Shown piece by piece: positions 8,771 through 18,468 of a stretch of 50,652 nt of DNA (positions within the stretch are counted from its first letter, which is position 1; every line of letters begins with the position of its first letter). The translations under genes were made by a program, and so were the position numbers. This stretch comes from Candidatus Eiseniibacteriota bacterium (GTDB lineage: Bacteria > Arandabacterota > Arandabacteria > Arandabacterales > Arandabacteraceae), in NCBI GenBank assembly GCA_043810925.1, contig JBDRNT010000028.1, forward strand, positions 1 to 50,652, given 5' to 3'. The notes below the pieces were generated by a model, which did not search any database, was not told the DNA's origin, and was given only the letters and a program-made list of their open reading frames with translations.

Positions 8771-9645
8771 AGTTTCCATTCCGCGTGACCCTGCCTGAAG
8801 ACGTTGTGAACGATGTGATCCGGATGGCGCTCAGCGAGGATGCAGGTGGCGGTGATGTCACCACAGAGGCCACGGTGGGCTCTCGTGCACGGGGGCGGGC
8901 CCGGCTTACGCTCAAAGACGACGGCGTGGTCGCTGGGTTGGAGGTGTTCCGGGCCGTGTTCGCAGCCTTTGACCCGAGGGTGAAGGTCATGCTTAAGAGC
9001 CGGGAAGGACGGTTCTACCGGCGAGGTCGCAATCTGGCGGAGGTAGAGGGCAGGATACGGAGCATCCTTACCTGTGAGCGTGTGGCGCTTAATCTGCTTC
9101 AGCGCCTGTCAGGAATTGCGACGCTTACCCACCGGTTCGTCGAGCAGGTAAAAGGTACGGGGGTCAAGATAGTAGATACGAGGAAAACCACGCCGGGCCT
9201 GAGGCTGCTTGAGAAGTACGCGGTTCTTACGGGAGGTGGTTTCAACCACCGGTTCACGCTGTCGGATCTGGCTCTCATCAAGGACAACCACATAAAGGCG
9301 GCCGGGGGAATCGAGCAGGCGGTACGCAGAGTAAGACGGGCGGGTGGTGGAGTGCCGGTTGAAATCGAGGTCGGACCTGAAACGGATCCTTCCGACCTGA
9401 GAGGTCTCGATGTGGATATAGTCATGCTTGACAACTGGCCGGTGAGCGATCTTAAACGTGCGATCAAAGTCATAAAGGGATTCCCATCGAGACCGTTGAT
9501 CGAGGTCTCCGGCGGCATAGGCCTTGATGGTGTGAGGAAGATCGCGATGTGCGGTCCCGATGTCATCTCCGTCGGCAGCCTCACGCACTCTGCGCCTTCA
9601 CTTGACATAAGCCTGGATCTTAAGGGTCGGGCGCTAAATGGCTGA
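8767..9645 (+). CDS. nadC: quinolinate phosphoribosyltransferase
   Basis: [30 protein letters not shown] and [15 protein letters not shown] motifs. Confidence 0.96.
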   Translation: MKFPFRVTLPEDVVNDVIRMALSEDAGGGDVTTEATVGSRARGRARLTLKDDGVVAGLEVFRAVFAAFDPRVKVMLKSREGRFYRRGRNLAEVEGRIRSILTCERVALNLLQRLSGIATLTHRFVEQVKGTGVKIVDTRKTTPGLRLLEKYAVLTGGGFNHRFTLSDLALIKDNHIKAAGGIEQAVRRVRRAGGGVPVEIEVGPETDPSDLRGLDVDIVMLDNWPVSDLKRAIKVIKGFPSRPLIEVSGGIGLDGVRKIAMCGPDVISVGSLTHSAPSLDISLDLKGRALNG

Positions 9646-10615
9646 TCTTGAAGTCGGCATAATCCTCAGACTGAAGTCATCTGCGAGGTATCTCACGCAG
9701 GAAGAGTTGGGGCGCACACTCGGCGTGCCCCGGGGGGAGGTTGTGACGGCGATGGAGGCCCTGACCGGCAGGGGTTACAGAATAGATGAGGTCCCGGGGG
9801 AGGGCTACAGGTTGCTCGAGACACCTGCCTTGCTGGATGGGTGCGATATCAGAACTGCGCTCGCAGGTCACGTCCCGGGCAGGGAAGTCTACACATTCGG
9901 AAAGATCACTTCGACAAACGATGTCGCAACGGCACTTGCCAGGGGAGGAGCAGCTGAAGGAACGCTGGTCGTAGCGGAGGAACAGAGCAGGGGCCGTGGC
10001 CGGCAGGGGAGACAATGGCATTCGCCGCCGGGTACCGGACTGTGGTTTTCGATCGTGCTGAGACCCGTGGTCGAAGCCGCCGATTGTCCGGCGATCTCGC
10101 TGGCGGTCGCGCTTGGTGTGTCGGGCATGCTCCGAAGGCGTCATGCAGTCAAGGCGAAGATCAAATGGCCCAATGACATAATGGTCAACGGACGCAAGAT
10201 CTGTGGCATACTGACCGAGGGCGAGTTCATAGGAAGCAAGGTGAGTTTCATAGTCGTAGGTGTCGGTCTTAACGTGTTGACCGAAGTGGAGGAGTTTCCC
10301 CCGGAGATCAGGGACATTGCGACATCGCTTAAGCTCGAGAGTCCGGGAGTGACCGGGCGAACCCGGGTTCTGGCCGATCTGCTTGAGAGCATAGAGAGGG
10401 AATACAGCCGGTTTTGCACAGGAGGTTTTGAGGAGATCAGGCAGGAGATCCTGGAGCACTCGTTCCTGGTCGGCCGGCTCATCAGGGTGGTAACCGGGGG
10501 AGGTGAAGTGGAGGGGATAGCCCACGATATCGACGAGGTGGGCGCACTCATTGTGCGGAAGGACGATGGGTCGCTTGAGAGGGTAATTGCCGGGGACGTT
10601 GTACGCGTGAATTAG
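9638..10615 (+). CDS. birA: bifunctional biotin--[acetyl-CoA carboxylase] ligase/repressor
   Basis: N-terminal HTH, STND, QSRGRGRQGRQW, KWPND and KICGILTE motifs. Confidence 0.95.
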   Translation: MADLEVGIILRLKSSARYLTQEELGRTLGVPRGEVVTAMEALTGRGYRIDEVPGEGYRLLETPALLDGCDIRTALAGHVPGREVYTFGKITSTNDVATALARGGAAEGTLVVAEEQSRGRGRQGRQWHSPPGTGLWFSIVLRPVVEAADCPAISLAVALGVSGMLRRRHAVKAKIKWPNDIMVNGRKICGILTEGEFIGSKVSFIVVGVGLNVLTEVEEFPPEIRDIATSLKLESPGVTGRTRVLADLLESIEREYSRFCTGGFEEIRQEILEHSFLVGRLIRVVTGGGEVEGIAHDIDEVGALIVRKDDGSLERVIAGDVVRVN

Positions 10616-10626
10616 GAGGCTCGAAA

Positions 10627-11394
10627 ATGATCGTATGTGTGGACCTTGGCAACACGGTAACCGCGATCGGGGTTCTGGACGGCACGGAGGTGAGGGCGTT
10701 CTGGCAGATCGCCACTCGTGAGAGGACCGGTGATGAGTACGGCAGGGTAATGGCGTCCCTGTTAGCTCGTGACCGTATCGACGTTGAGCGGGTGACACAT
10801 GGCGCCGTGTGTTCCGTGGTGCCGTCAGAGACCCGCGAGATGTTGGCGGCGATCTCGGCGGAGTTGGGAGTCCAGGCAGTCCTGGTGGACGGGCTGAACG
10901 ACTGCGGTATTCGCGTGGTGACCGATGACCCTGAAGAGGTGGGAGGGGACAGGATCGCCAACGCGATCGGCGCGTTCCACGCATACGGCGGACCGGCGAT
11001 AGTCGTGGATATGGGGACGGCCACCACGTATGACTATGTCTCGGACGATGGTGAGTACAGGGGTGGCGTCATCGCACCCGGTATGAACGCGGGTGCGGGG
11101 GACCTCTGGAAACGAGCCCGGAAGCTGCCTGCGGTGGAGATCATGCGTCCGCCCAAACTGATCGGGACATCGACTGTGGCGTGCATGCAATCGGGAATCT
11201 ACTTCGGTGCGGTCGGCCAGGTGGAAGGCATAGTAAGAAGAATGTGGAGTGAGATCGGTGCTGAGTGCAGAGTCATAGTGACGGGGGGACGGGCTGGGCT
11301 TATCCGGGATGACCTGGGTTTTGAGGTGACGTATGATCTGCACCTGACACTCAAAGGGCTGGCCTACGCCGTCGATCCGGCCCTGCGCCGGTAG
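10627..11394 (+). CDS. coaX: type III pantothenate kinase
   Basis: DLGNT, SVVP, GGDR, VDMGTATT, GGVIAPG and TGG motifs, adjacent to birA. Confidence 0.95.
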   Translation: MIVCVDLGNTVTAIGVLDGTEVRAFWQIATRERTGDEYGRVMASLLARDRIDVERVTHGAVCSVVPSETREMLAAISAELGVQAVLVDGLNDCGIRVVTDDPEEVGGDRIANAIGAFHAYGGPAIVVDMGTATTYDYVSDDGEYRGGVIAPGMNAGAGDLWKRARKLPAVEIMRPPKLIGTSTVACMQSGIYFGAVGQVEGIVRRMWSEIGAECRVIVTGGRAGLIRDDLGFEVTYDLHLTLKGLAYAVDPALRR

Positions 11395-11431
11395 CATCTA
11401 CTCTCCGTGCCCGCCGGTTTCTCTATAGGCT

Positions 11432-11535
11432 GGCACGCCTTTCGGTCCGCCTGCTCAAGTGAGGCATTCGCTTGCGTCCCGATAGGCGCGCCAGCGTTCC
11501 TCTTGACCGTGCCCGGCACGCCGTTTGGTCCGCCT
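11432..11535. repeat. imperfect 21-bp direct repeat in the coaX-groEL spacer
   Basis: ggcacgcctttcggtccgcct (11432-11452) and ggcacgccgtttggtccgcct (11515-11535) match at 19 of 21 positions. Confidence 0.65.
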
Positions 11536-11623
11536 CCCTCCCGGGAGACTCCGCCGGTATTCCTCTCCAACGGTGGAAATAGAGCTTGCCTATACTTGCG
11601 CGGGTTTGTATTTTGTTGCTGTG

Positions 11624-11650
11624 TTAGCAGACTCGCTACACGAGTGCTAA
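11624..11650 (+). promoter_or_regulatory. CIRCE element (HrcA operator)
   Basis: TTAGCAgaC-N9-GAGTGCTAA against the consensus TTAGCACTC-N9-GAGTGCTAA, 54 nt upstream of groEL. Confidence 0.88.
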
Positions 11651-11704
11651 GATCTCATAAAGCAGCGTAGAACGCACCAACAGGAACACTTAAGGAGGAA
11701 CGGC

Positions 11705-13288
11705 GTGGCTAAGCAGATAGCATTCGACGGAACTGCACGGGCGCATCTTAAGACAGGTGTCGAGAAGATCGCAGAAGCCGTAAAGATAACCCTGGGGCCC
11801 AGGGGAAGGAACGTGGTGATCGACAAGAAGTTCGGATCTCCTATCATAACCAATGACGGGGTGACTATTGCGAAGGAGATCGAGCTCGAGAACCCCTATG
11901 AGAACCTCGGTGCCCAGATGATCAAAGAGGTCGCGACCAAGACCCAGGATGCTGCCGGCGACGGCACGACGACTGCGACGGTCCTGGCATATTCCATGGT
12001 GACCCACGGCCTGAGGAATGTCGCAGCAGGGATAAACCCGATTGCACTCAAACGGGGGATGGATAAGGCCGTCAAAGTAGTCGTGGAAGCGATCAAGAAA
12101 CAGGCGAAACCGATCAAGACAAAGGAAGAGATTGCCCAGGTAGCAACGATTTCCGCGAACAACGACGGGGAAGTGGGCCGGCTGATTGCGGATGCGATGG
12201 AGGAGGTCGGCAAAGAGGGTGTGATCACCGTTGAGGAAGCAAGCACGATGCAGGCCGATCTTGAGGTGGTCGAAGGTATGCAGTTTGACCGGGGCTATCT
12301 GTCGCCGTATTTCGTAACCGACCCGGGAAAAATGGAATGCGTGCTGGACGACTGCTCCATACTCATCCATGATAAAAAGATAAGTGTGATGAAGGATCTG
12401 GTTCAGATCCTCGAGAAATCCGCCCAGACGGGAAGGCCATTGCTGATCCTCGCCGAGGATGTGGACGGTGAGGCATTGGCTACGCTGGTCGTGAACAAGA
12501 TCAAGGGTACGCTGGCCTGCTGCGCGGTCAAGGCACCGGGCTTCGGGGACAAAAGGAAGGCGATGCTCGAGGACATCTCGATACTGACCGGAGGAAAGGT
12601 TATATCGGAGGAGGCCGGCTTCAAACTTGAGAACGTGCTCCTCAGTGATCTCGGTACGGCCAGGGTCGTCAAGGTGGACAAGGAGAACACGACGATAGTC
12701 GGCGGCAAAGGCAAGAAGGCGGACCTTGAGCTCAGGATCAAGCAGATCAGAGCACAGATCGAAGCTTCCACGTCGGACTATGACAAGGAGAAGCTTCAGG
12801 AGCGGCTCGCGAAGCTGGTCGGCGGTGTTGCGGTGATACGAGTCGGGGCAGCCACCGAAACCGAGATGAGGGAACGCAAGGCACGGGTCGAAGATGCGCT
12901 TGCAGCCACAAGATCCGCGGTCGAAGAGGGTGTGGTCCCCGGTGGTGGTGTCGCTTTCCTCAGAGCGATTGCCGCCGTCGAACGGATGGACTTGCCCCCG
13001 GACGAGAAGGCCGGGGCGGGCGTGATTGCCAGGGCACTCGAGGAACCCGCGGGCATGATTGCTTCGAATGCCGGGTTCGAAGGTTCTGTTGTGGTTGAGA
13101 AGATAAAGGAGAAATCCGGTGCCTGGGGTTTCAACGCCGCCAAGGGCGAGTACGAAGATCTCGAGGCAGCCGGCATAATCGACCCTGCGAAGGTGGCGCG
13201 GTCCGCGCTGCAGAATTCCGCGAGCGTCGCATCAATGATGTTGATAACCAAGGCGATAGTGACGGAGAAACCCGAAGAAGAAGAGTAG
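11705..13288 (+). CDS. groEL: chaperonin GroEL (no GGM tail, no adjacent groES)
   Basis: [38 protein letters not shown] and GIIDP motifs. RBS AAGGAGG before the GTG start. Confidence 0.98.
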   Translation: MAKQIAFDGTARAHLKTGVEKIAEAVKITLGPRGRNVVIDKKFGSPIITNDGVTIAKEIELENPYENLGAQMIKEVATKTQDAAGDGTTTATVLAYSMVTHGLRNVAAGINPIALKRGMDKAVKVVVEAIKKQAKPIKTKEEIAQVATISANNDGEVGRLIADAMEEVGKEGVITVEEASTMQADLEVVEGMQFDRGYLSPYFVTDPGKMECVLDDCSILIHDKKISVMKDLVQILEKSAQTGRPLLILAEDVDGEALATLVVNKIKGTLACCAVKAPGFGDKRKAMLEDISILTGGKVISEEAGFKLENVLLSDLGTARVVKVDKENTTIVGGKGKKADLELRIKQIRAQIEASTSDYDKEKLQERLAKLVGGVAVIRVGAATETEMRERKARVEDALAATRSAVEEGVVPGGGVAFLRAIAAVERMDLPPDEKAGAGVIARALEEPAGMIASNAGFEGSVVVEKIKEKSGAWGFNAAKGEYEDLEAAGIIDPAKVARSALQNSASVASMMLITKAIVTEKPEEEE

Positions 13289-13304
13289 CAGGGTCGGGCA
13301 ACAG

Positions 13305-13402
13305 ACACTCATCTGCTGCGTTACGCTAATCCATCGTCACTGCGACGTACATACCCGTACGTCTCGTTCCTCGGGATGTCGCGTGCCTTGCATCTGAGTG
13401 TT
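13305..13402. repeat. structured REP/MITE-like intergenic element between convergent genes
   Basis: Ends acactca...tgagtgt are inverted. Central hairpin gacgtac-ataccc-gtacgtc. From memory, the pattern catctgctgcgtt...tcgtcactgcg.cgtac...gtacg.ctc.ttcctc.gga...gccttgcatctg resembles a dispersed repeat in anaerobe genomes; not verified. Confidence 0.55.
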
Positions 13403-13420
13403 CTTGACCGGCCTCAATAG

Positions 13421-14650
13421 TCACTTATAGCGGACGAGCAGCGGCAGACTCAGCGCCAGGCACGAGCCGAGAATCACGATGAGCGCACTCTGGAGGCCGA
13501 GCAGAGTACCTGCAGCCGCCGCAAGACCTGCCGCTGAGACAATTGCGATCTTCATCAGCATATCCCTGACGGCGAAGACCGTGGCCTGCCTTCTATGAGG
13601 TGTCTCCTCCTGTATGGATGTCTCACTTGAGACCAGGACGGGCCCCGCTACGAAGCCGGCGGCTGTGACTGCGATTCCAATGGGGATCAGCCGATCGACC
13701 ACCCCGATCACTATCAGTGAAAGTATCGCGAGTGCTGTTCCCGTTACGGCAAGCCGCGCGCGGCCGGTGTTGTGAAGCGTTTTACCGGTGAAGTAGCACC
13801 CTGCCGCCATACCCGCTCCTGCTAGGCCTACAAGGAATCCCACGTGCATCGTCCCCTCAGGGCTCATGCCTTCGACGATCGCGACGCCGAGGACATAGAC
13901 CGCCGCTCCCGCCACCGCCAGCAGCGATGGAGCAAGGACCCCGGCCTGCAGTGCGGCGGTCCTGCGGATCTCTCCCAGGGCGTCCCTTATGATCCTCATG
14001 TAGGGCACCTGGGCGGTGGGCTGAGACTCCGGCGGCATCACGCTTGTCCTTATCAAGGTCAGAGCACCGGCCGAGACAAAGTACGTGACGGAATCTATGT
14101 AGAGCGCAGTGCGCCAGCCGGCACGAGAGGCGAGGATGCCGCCGACGCCGAACCCCAGGATCGTGGCGACGGTCGCTCCCAGCGAGAGAATGGAATTTGC
14201 CTTGATCAGGCTCTTATGGGAGACTATCTCGGCTACGATTGCGCATCGTGCCGGTAGGAAGAAAAGGTTCGCCACATAGAGCATGGCAACCACCACGTAG
14301 ACCGTCCATAGAGGCAACGCCGGTCTCAGGAATGGTATCGCCACTACGGCGGCCCCTCGAATGACGTCTGTTATTATCAAGGCCTGCTTCCGGTCGACGC
14401 GATCGATGTAGGCCCCCGCGAGCGGGCCGAGGATGATGGCGGGCAATGTCATCGCGGCGGCCAGTTTTGAAAGCTCGAATGTCGAACCCGGTGCCGCGAA
14501 GCGCCCCGTCTCGATCGAGAGCATCTCGATCAGGGCTATGTTTCCCAGCCGGTCCCCCAGTATGGACACGATTTGACCGGCGAGAAGCGCCGTGAAAGAG
14601 ATCGTGAAGAGGCTAGAGTAGCCTGATGCTTTTTGCCCGTTTAGGCTCAC
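13421..14650 (-). CDS. MFS transporter (12 TM)
   Basis: Motif A GAYIDRVDRK and a repeated TM pattern. GTG 14650 follows RBS AGGAG. Confidence 0.88.
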   Translation of the reverse strand: MSLNGQKASGYSSLFTISFTALLAGQIVSILGDRLGNIALIEMLSIETGRFAAPGSTFELSKLAAAMTLPAIILGPLAGAYIDRVDRKQALIITDVIRGAAVVAIPFLRPALPLWTVYVVVAMLYVANLFFLPARCAIVAEIVSHKSLIKANSILSLGATVATILGFGVGGILASRAGWRTALYIDSVTYFVSAGALTLIRTSVMPPESQPTAQVPYMRIIRDALGEIRRTAALQAGVLAPSLLAVAGAAVYVLGVAIVEGMSPEGTMHVGFLVGLAGAGMAAGCYFTGKTLHNTGRARLAVTGTALAILSLIVIGVVDRLIPIGIAVTAAGFVAGPVLVSSETSIQEETPHRRQATVFAVRDMLMKIAIVSAAGLAAAAGTLLGLQSALIVILGSCLALSLPLLVRYK

Positions 14651-15788
14651 AGGTTCTCCTGTACACCGGTCGTGTGTGAAGGTCCGCGTAAATGTCTGCA
14701 ATCCGTCGTGCGATACGCGGCCAATCGAACAGGATGGCTTTCTTCTGTCCCATCCGGCCCATCGTGGTTCTCAACTCGCTATCCCTCACAAGCCTGCCGA
14801 GCGCACCTGCGAGTCCGGCCGTGTCGCCGGGTTTGACCAGGATACCGTCGACCCCATCGGTGACGACCTCGCGGTACCCCTCTATTCGTGTGGCTACGAT
14901 CGGTAGCCCGGCAGCCATCGCCTCGAGCAGGACTATGCCAAAACTCTCACTGCCGGCCGGTACCGAAGAGAAGATGTCCGACGAACCATAGTAAGAAGGC
15001 AGGTCGGAAGGGGATACCCTGCCCACAAAGACTATGTCCTTCCCGGTGAGCGGGTAAGCGGCCGCCCGGCATGCGGGTTCCATGAATCCCTTTCCGACAA
15101 TCACCAGTCTGGAACCGGGGTGCTCGCGCCGGAGCATCTTAAAAGCCGATATCAGCAAGGGTGCTCGTTTACGTATGTCCAGTCTTCCGACAAAGAGGAT
15201 GTTGGTCCTGCCATCGGCCAGCTTCCGAACGGGTTCTACCCGCCCGGCAAAACGGCTGAACGCCACTCCGTTGGGGACAACCATGTACTCACCGGGGAAG
15301 TAGCGCATCGCGAAACTCCGGGCCGCATGCGAAACGGCAATGCGGGCATCGAGCCTCAGAGCGTGGGTGCGCAGCACCTCTGAGAAGACCTCGTAGGCCG
15401 GCGAAACCCCGGCGGACATGTGGAAGGTCCCGACCACCGGACACTCCACCGATCCGGCCGCCGTCAACGCGGCAAGCGGCAGTGTCGGTTCAAGCGGGCT
15501 GTGAATATGTATGATGTCGAAATCGCCGCACCTGAAGACGTTCTCAAGACGCTTTCTCAAGCGCAGCCCGACCGTGACATTGACCAGCGCTCCGTTTATG
15601 GGGAAGAGGGCGTTCCTTCCGATGCGTATCACTTCCCCCGGGCGGTCTCTGCCGTCGTTATGATGACCGGCTGTTATGATCGTGACCTGGTGTCCGAGTG
15701 AGCGCAGGGCCCCGCACAGGTGATGCACGTGTTCCGTGACACCACCGAGACTCGGGTAGTATGATTGAGACACCATCGCGATCTTCAC
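14613..15788 (-). CDS. GT4 glycosyltransferase, PimA-like
   Basis: GGVTEHV..L, PINGA, DIIHIHSP, VGTFH, RIAVS, PNGV, GRLDIRK and ESFGIVLLEAMAAG align with PimA motifs. The GTG start overlaps the upstream stop (GTGA). Confidence 0.8.
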   Translation of the reverse strand: MKIAMVSQSYYPSLGGVTEHVHHLCGALRSLGHQVTIITAGHHNDGRDRPGEVIRIGRNALFPINGALVNVTVGLRLRKRLENVFRCGDFDIIHIHSPLEPTLPLAALTAAGSVECPVVGTFHMSAGVSPAYEVFSEVLRTHALRLDARIAVSHAARSFAMRYFPGEYMVVPNGVAFSRFAGRVEPVRKLADGRTNILFVGRLDIRKRAPLLISAFKMLRREHPGSRLVIVGKGFMEPACRAAAYPLTGKDIVFVGRVSPSDLPSYYGSSDIFSSVPAGSESFGIVLLEAMAAGLPIVATRIEGYREVVTDGVDGILVKPGDTAGLAGALGRLVRDSELRTTMGRMGQKKAILFDWPRIARRIADIYADLHTRPVYRRTCEPKRAKSIRLL

Positions 15789-16639
15789 TGCGCGTTCTCC
15801 CAGATCAACCGGAACATGCACCACTGGTCGGCATAACGCCTGATACGGTCTTCGACCACGGCTGCGACGCTCGCGGTCAGTATGTTCTCATCCGGACCAT
15901 GGACCGGAATCTCCTCCTCGATGCGCACTGTTATCTTACCTCTTGCGGTCCTGATTGCAAATGCCGGTATGATCGCCGCGCCGGTCTTGATCGCGAGACC
16001 TGCAGGTCCCCTCGGTAGCACGGTCTTTCTGCCGAAAAAGTCCGTGGTAATGCCGCCCAGGTACTGATCCCCGTCGATGTGCAACGCGACGGCCTCACCC
16101 CTGCGGAGGGCCCTTACTATGCTGAGGGTCCCACCCTCCGCAGAGACGACCTCGATTCCGCGGGCGCGCTTCATTGCTTTGATGTGCGGTGACAGACTCC
16201 TCGTGAACTGAGTCCCCGCTACCGTAGTGATCTTATAACCCATGGCGGCGAGTGCGGCCCCGCCGAGTTCCCAGCTGCCGAGATGAGCGGTCACGAGGAT
16301 CACCCCTCTACCCGCCGATACTATCGAGTCAAGACGCTCGCGTCCTTCGATTGTTGTATTGGCAAGCAGATGCTTGTCGCTCAGATGAGGGATCATGAAC
16401 ACCTCGGTCACACCCCTCCCGAAATTGAGCATCACCCTGAATACCACCCTGCTGAGCCCGGACAGGTTGCTGTCCCCCAGAACGATCCTCAGATTGCTTG
16501 TGAGATTGCGGCGCCGGCCGGTGCAAAGCAAGAAACAGACAACCGCCAGCGTCTCACCTATTAGATAGGAGATCGATGGAGGCAGGATGCGTGCAAGGGT
16601 GGAGAGAACGACATAGCATATTCTTGAGAGTACAGACAT
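15785..16639 (-). CDS. lysophospholipid/lipid A acyltransferase family (PatA/LpxL-like)
   Basis: GRGVILVTAHLGSWE (HxxxxE), DG..FFG..T.LP.GPA.LA and DQW motifs. Start placed at MSVLSR. Confidence 0.85.
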   Translation of the reverse strand: MSVLSRICYVVLSTLARILPPSISYLIGETLAVVCFLLCTGRRRNLTSNLRIVLGDSNLSGLSRVVFRVMLNFGRGVTEVFMIPHLSDKHLLANTTIEGRERLDSIVSAGRGVILVTAHLGSWELGGAALAAMGYKITTVAGTQFTRSLSPHIKAMKRARGIEVVSAEGGTLSIVRALRRGEAVALHIDGDQYLGGITTDFFGRKTVLPRGPAGLAIKTGAAIIPAFAIRTARGKITVRIEEEIPVHGPDENILTASVAAVVEDRIRRYADQWCMFRLIWENAQ

Positions 16640-16649
16640 TTCTGATTGC

Positions 16650-16738
16650 TGTATATGCCACATGTGCGCGTTTGTCAAGTCTGGTCAGGATTTGCAGGGA
16701 TTTGCATCTTGACAAGAAGATTAACACAGAAGTAACCT
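16650..16738. promoter_or_regulatory. divergent sigma70 promoters flanking a tandem direct repeat
   Basis: Minus strand: TTGACA (16678-16673), 17 nt, TATACA. Plus strand: TTGACA (16709-16714), 18 nt, TAACCT. GGATTTGCA occurs at 16688 and 16698. Confidence 0.55.
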
Positions 16739-16754
16739 GTCGCAGGAGGTAGCC

Positions 16755-17168
16755 GTGGCAAAAGAGAAGATCGTCCGCTGCATGGTCTCGAGAAACGGGT
16801 CAAACGGTGGTGAAAAATCGGTCCGCTATATCCCTCTGGAGATCTTCGAGCTCTGGAAGATCGTGATGACGGAGCGGCATGAGTTTAAGATTGATGACGA
16901 TTGCATCTCTCTCTGGTTTGACATAGACGGCGACCCGAACGTAACGTATGCCGATGCAAACTACAACAAGGTGGTCCGGCTTTCATTATCCCTTTATTCA
17001 GAAAAGCACGGGATGTTCAAGACGGTCACAAGATACTTCCCGTCGGATTCTTATCACGAGATCAAACCTTGCTTTCTCTCACACTATAAAGATTACCTTA
17101 CCGCTTAACGTTTTCCTCCCGGTGTAAATGAGACGTACGGCGTGTGGCTGAAGCCCATCGACCGCTGA
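16755..17168 (+). pseudogene. hypothetical two-repeat protein, probably interrupted by a premature TAA at 17106-17108
   Basis: RBS AGGAGG plus GTG start. The ORF ends at 17108 but the frame continues RFPPGVNETYGVWLKPIDR to TGA 17168, completing an internal repeat. Confidence 0.45.
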
Positions 17169-17307
17169 CGCTGTTGCATTTTGCCGAGCAGATTGCCGGG
17201 TGCAACGTACGTTGAGTCCGTCGTGTTCGGGCTTTTTGCAGGGCCGACTATCCTCTTATAATTCATGGCACTACATTCACGCGTTCTCCCGCAACCCTTG
17301 ATTTTAC

Positions 17308-17323
17308 TGGCATGCTTGTTGCT
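17308..17323 (+). promoter_or_regulatory. sigma54 (RpoN) -24/-12 promoter
   Basis: TGGCAT-GCTTG-TTGCT matches TGGCAC-N5-TTGCW with exact GG/GC spacing, about 60 nt upstream of the GTPase start. Confidence 0.7.
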
Positions 17324-17382
17324 GTATGATGGTATCGGAGGACTTAAGAAAGAGGAATCGGAACACTGGGGAGATCGGGCGA

Positions 17383-18402
17383 ATGGTTGTCTTTAACTAC
17401 TCCGGCAGAGAGATCAACGCAAAGGTCGTCTATTACGGGCCGGGGCTGAGCGGTAAGACCACCAACCTCGAACACATCTACAGCAAGACGGCCGGGCATC
17501 TTCGCGGGAAGATGGTGTCCATGAAGACGAAAGTCGACAGGACGCTCTTCTTCGATTTCCTTCCGATAGAAGGTGGGGAGATAGCCGGCTTTAATCTGCG
17601 ATTCCTCCTGTACACCGTGCCGGGACAGGTGTATTACAACGCAACGAGGAAGCTCGTGCTCAAGGGGGCGGACGCGATCGTCTTTGTCGCCGATTCTCAG
17701 GCCGAGGAGATGGCGGCGAACAGAGAAAGCCTCAAGAACCTCAGGGAGAACCTCGACGAGCACGGCAAGGACCTCGATGATATCCCGCTTGTGATTCAAT
17801 ACAACAAGCGGGACCTGCCCTCAGCTCTGTCCGTCGAGAAGCTCAACGAGGAATTGAACCCCAAAGGTGTGACGATCTTCGAATCGGTAGCAACAACGGG
17901 TACAGGTGTTTTTGAAACGCTTGCGGCGGCAACCAAGATGGTGATGGGCGACCTGCGCAAGCAGTTGGTCAAAGATCAGGCAGAAGAAGTTGATTCGGGT
18001 GGACGGGAGATCTCATTCGGTTTCACTCCGGAACCGGCTGGGGCTCGGGCCACGGGGGAACAGGCGGAACAAGACTCCTCCACGAACAAGGATACGGTTC
18101 CAGATGTCCCCTCCCCGGGTGAAGAACCCTCCCCTGTTCCCACGGATACGGGCGCTCCCTGTCCACCCGATCGACAAGCGAAGACGGAAGCCGGTACGGG
18201 AACATCGCCCCCAACCGGGTCCGGTGAGACCCCTGACGCGGAAACCGGGCAGACCGTCGTGATTGCGCACTCCGCCAGGATCGCCGCCGGTGAAGGCGGC
18301 AAGCTCAGGATACCTGTCAAGCTGGCTGGAAACGGAAAGCCCGGTCACGTCATACTCAATCTCGCGGTCGACATCGAGATCCTCACCGAAGACGACGAAT
18401 AA
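17383..18402 (+). CDS. mglA: MglA-family small GTPase with a Pro/Thr-rich C-terminal extension
   Basis: INAKVVYYGPGLSGKTTNL, RTLFFDFLP, YTVPGQVYY and QYNKRDLP are MglA motifs. About 150 extra C-terminal residues. Confidence 0.85.
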   Translation: MVVFNYSGREINAKVVYYGPGLSGKTTNLEHIYSKTAGHLRGKMVSMKTKVDRTLFFDFLPIEGGEIAGFNLRFLLYTVPGQVYYNATRKLVLKGADAIVFVADSQAEEMAANRESLKNLRENLDEHGKDLDDIPLVIQYNKRDLPSALSVEKLNEELNPKGVTIFESVATTGTGVFETLAAATKMVMGDLRKQLVKDQAEEVDSGGREISFGFTPEPAGARATGEQAEQDSSTNKDTVPDVPSPGEEPSPVPTDTGAPCPPDRQAKTEAGTGTSPPTGSGETPDAETGQTVVIAHSARIAAGEGGKLRIPVKLAGNGKPGHVILNLAVDIEILTEDDE

Positions 18403-18468
18403 GACGGTTTGACAGCCCTTCCTTGCTGTGATACGCTCTCCGGCAGTCGCATATCCAGAGGTGTAGCG

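Noticed and set aside
11431-11530. sigma54 promoters at the GGCACG repeats upstream of groEL
   Set aside because: The -12 positions read TCGG and TTGG rather than TTGC.
11407-11670. 87-aa ORF as a diverged groES
   Set aside because: No GroES motifs (PL.DRV, GGI) and it runs through the CIRCE element.
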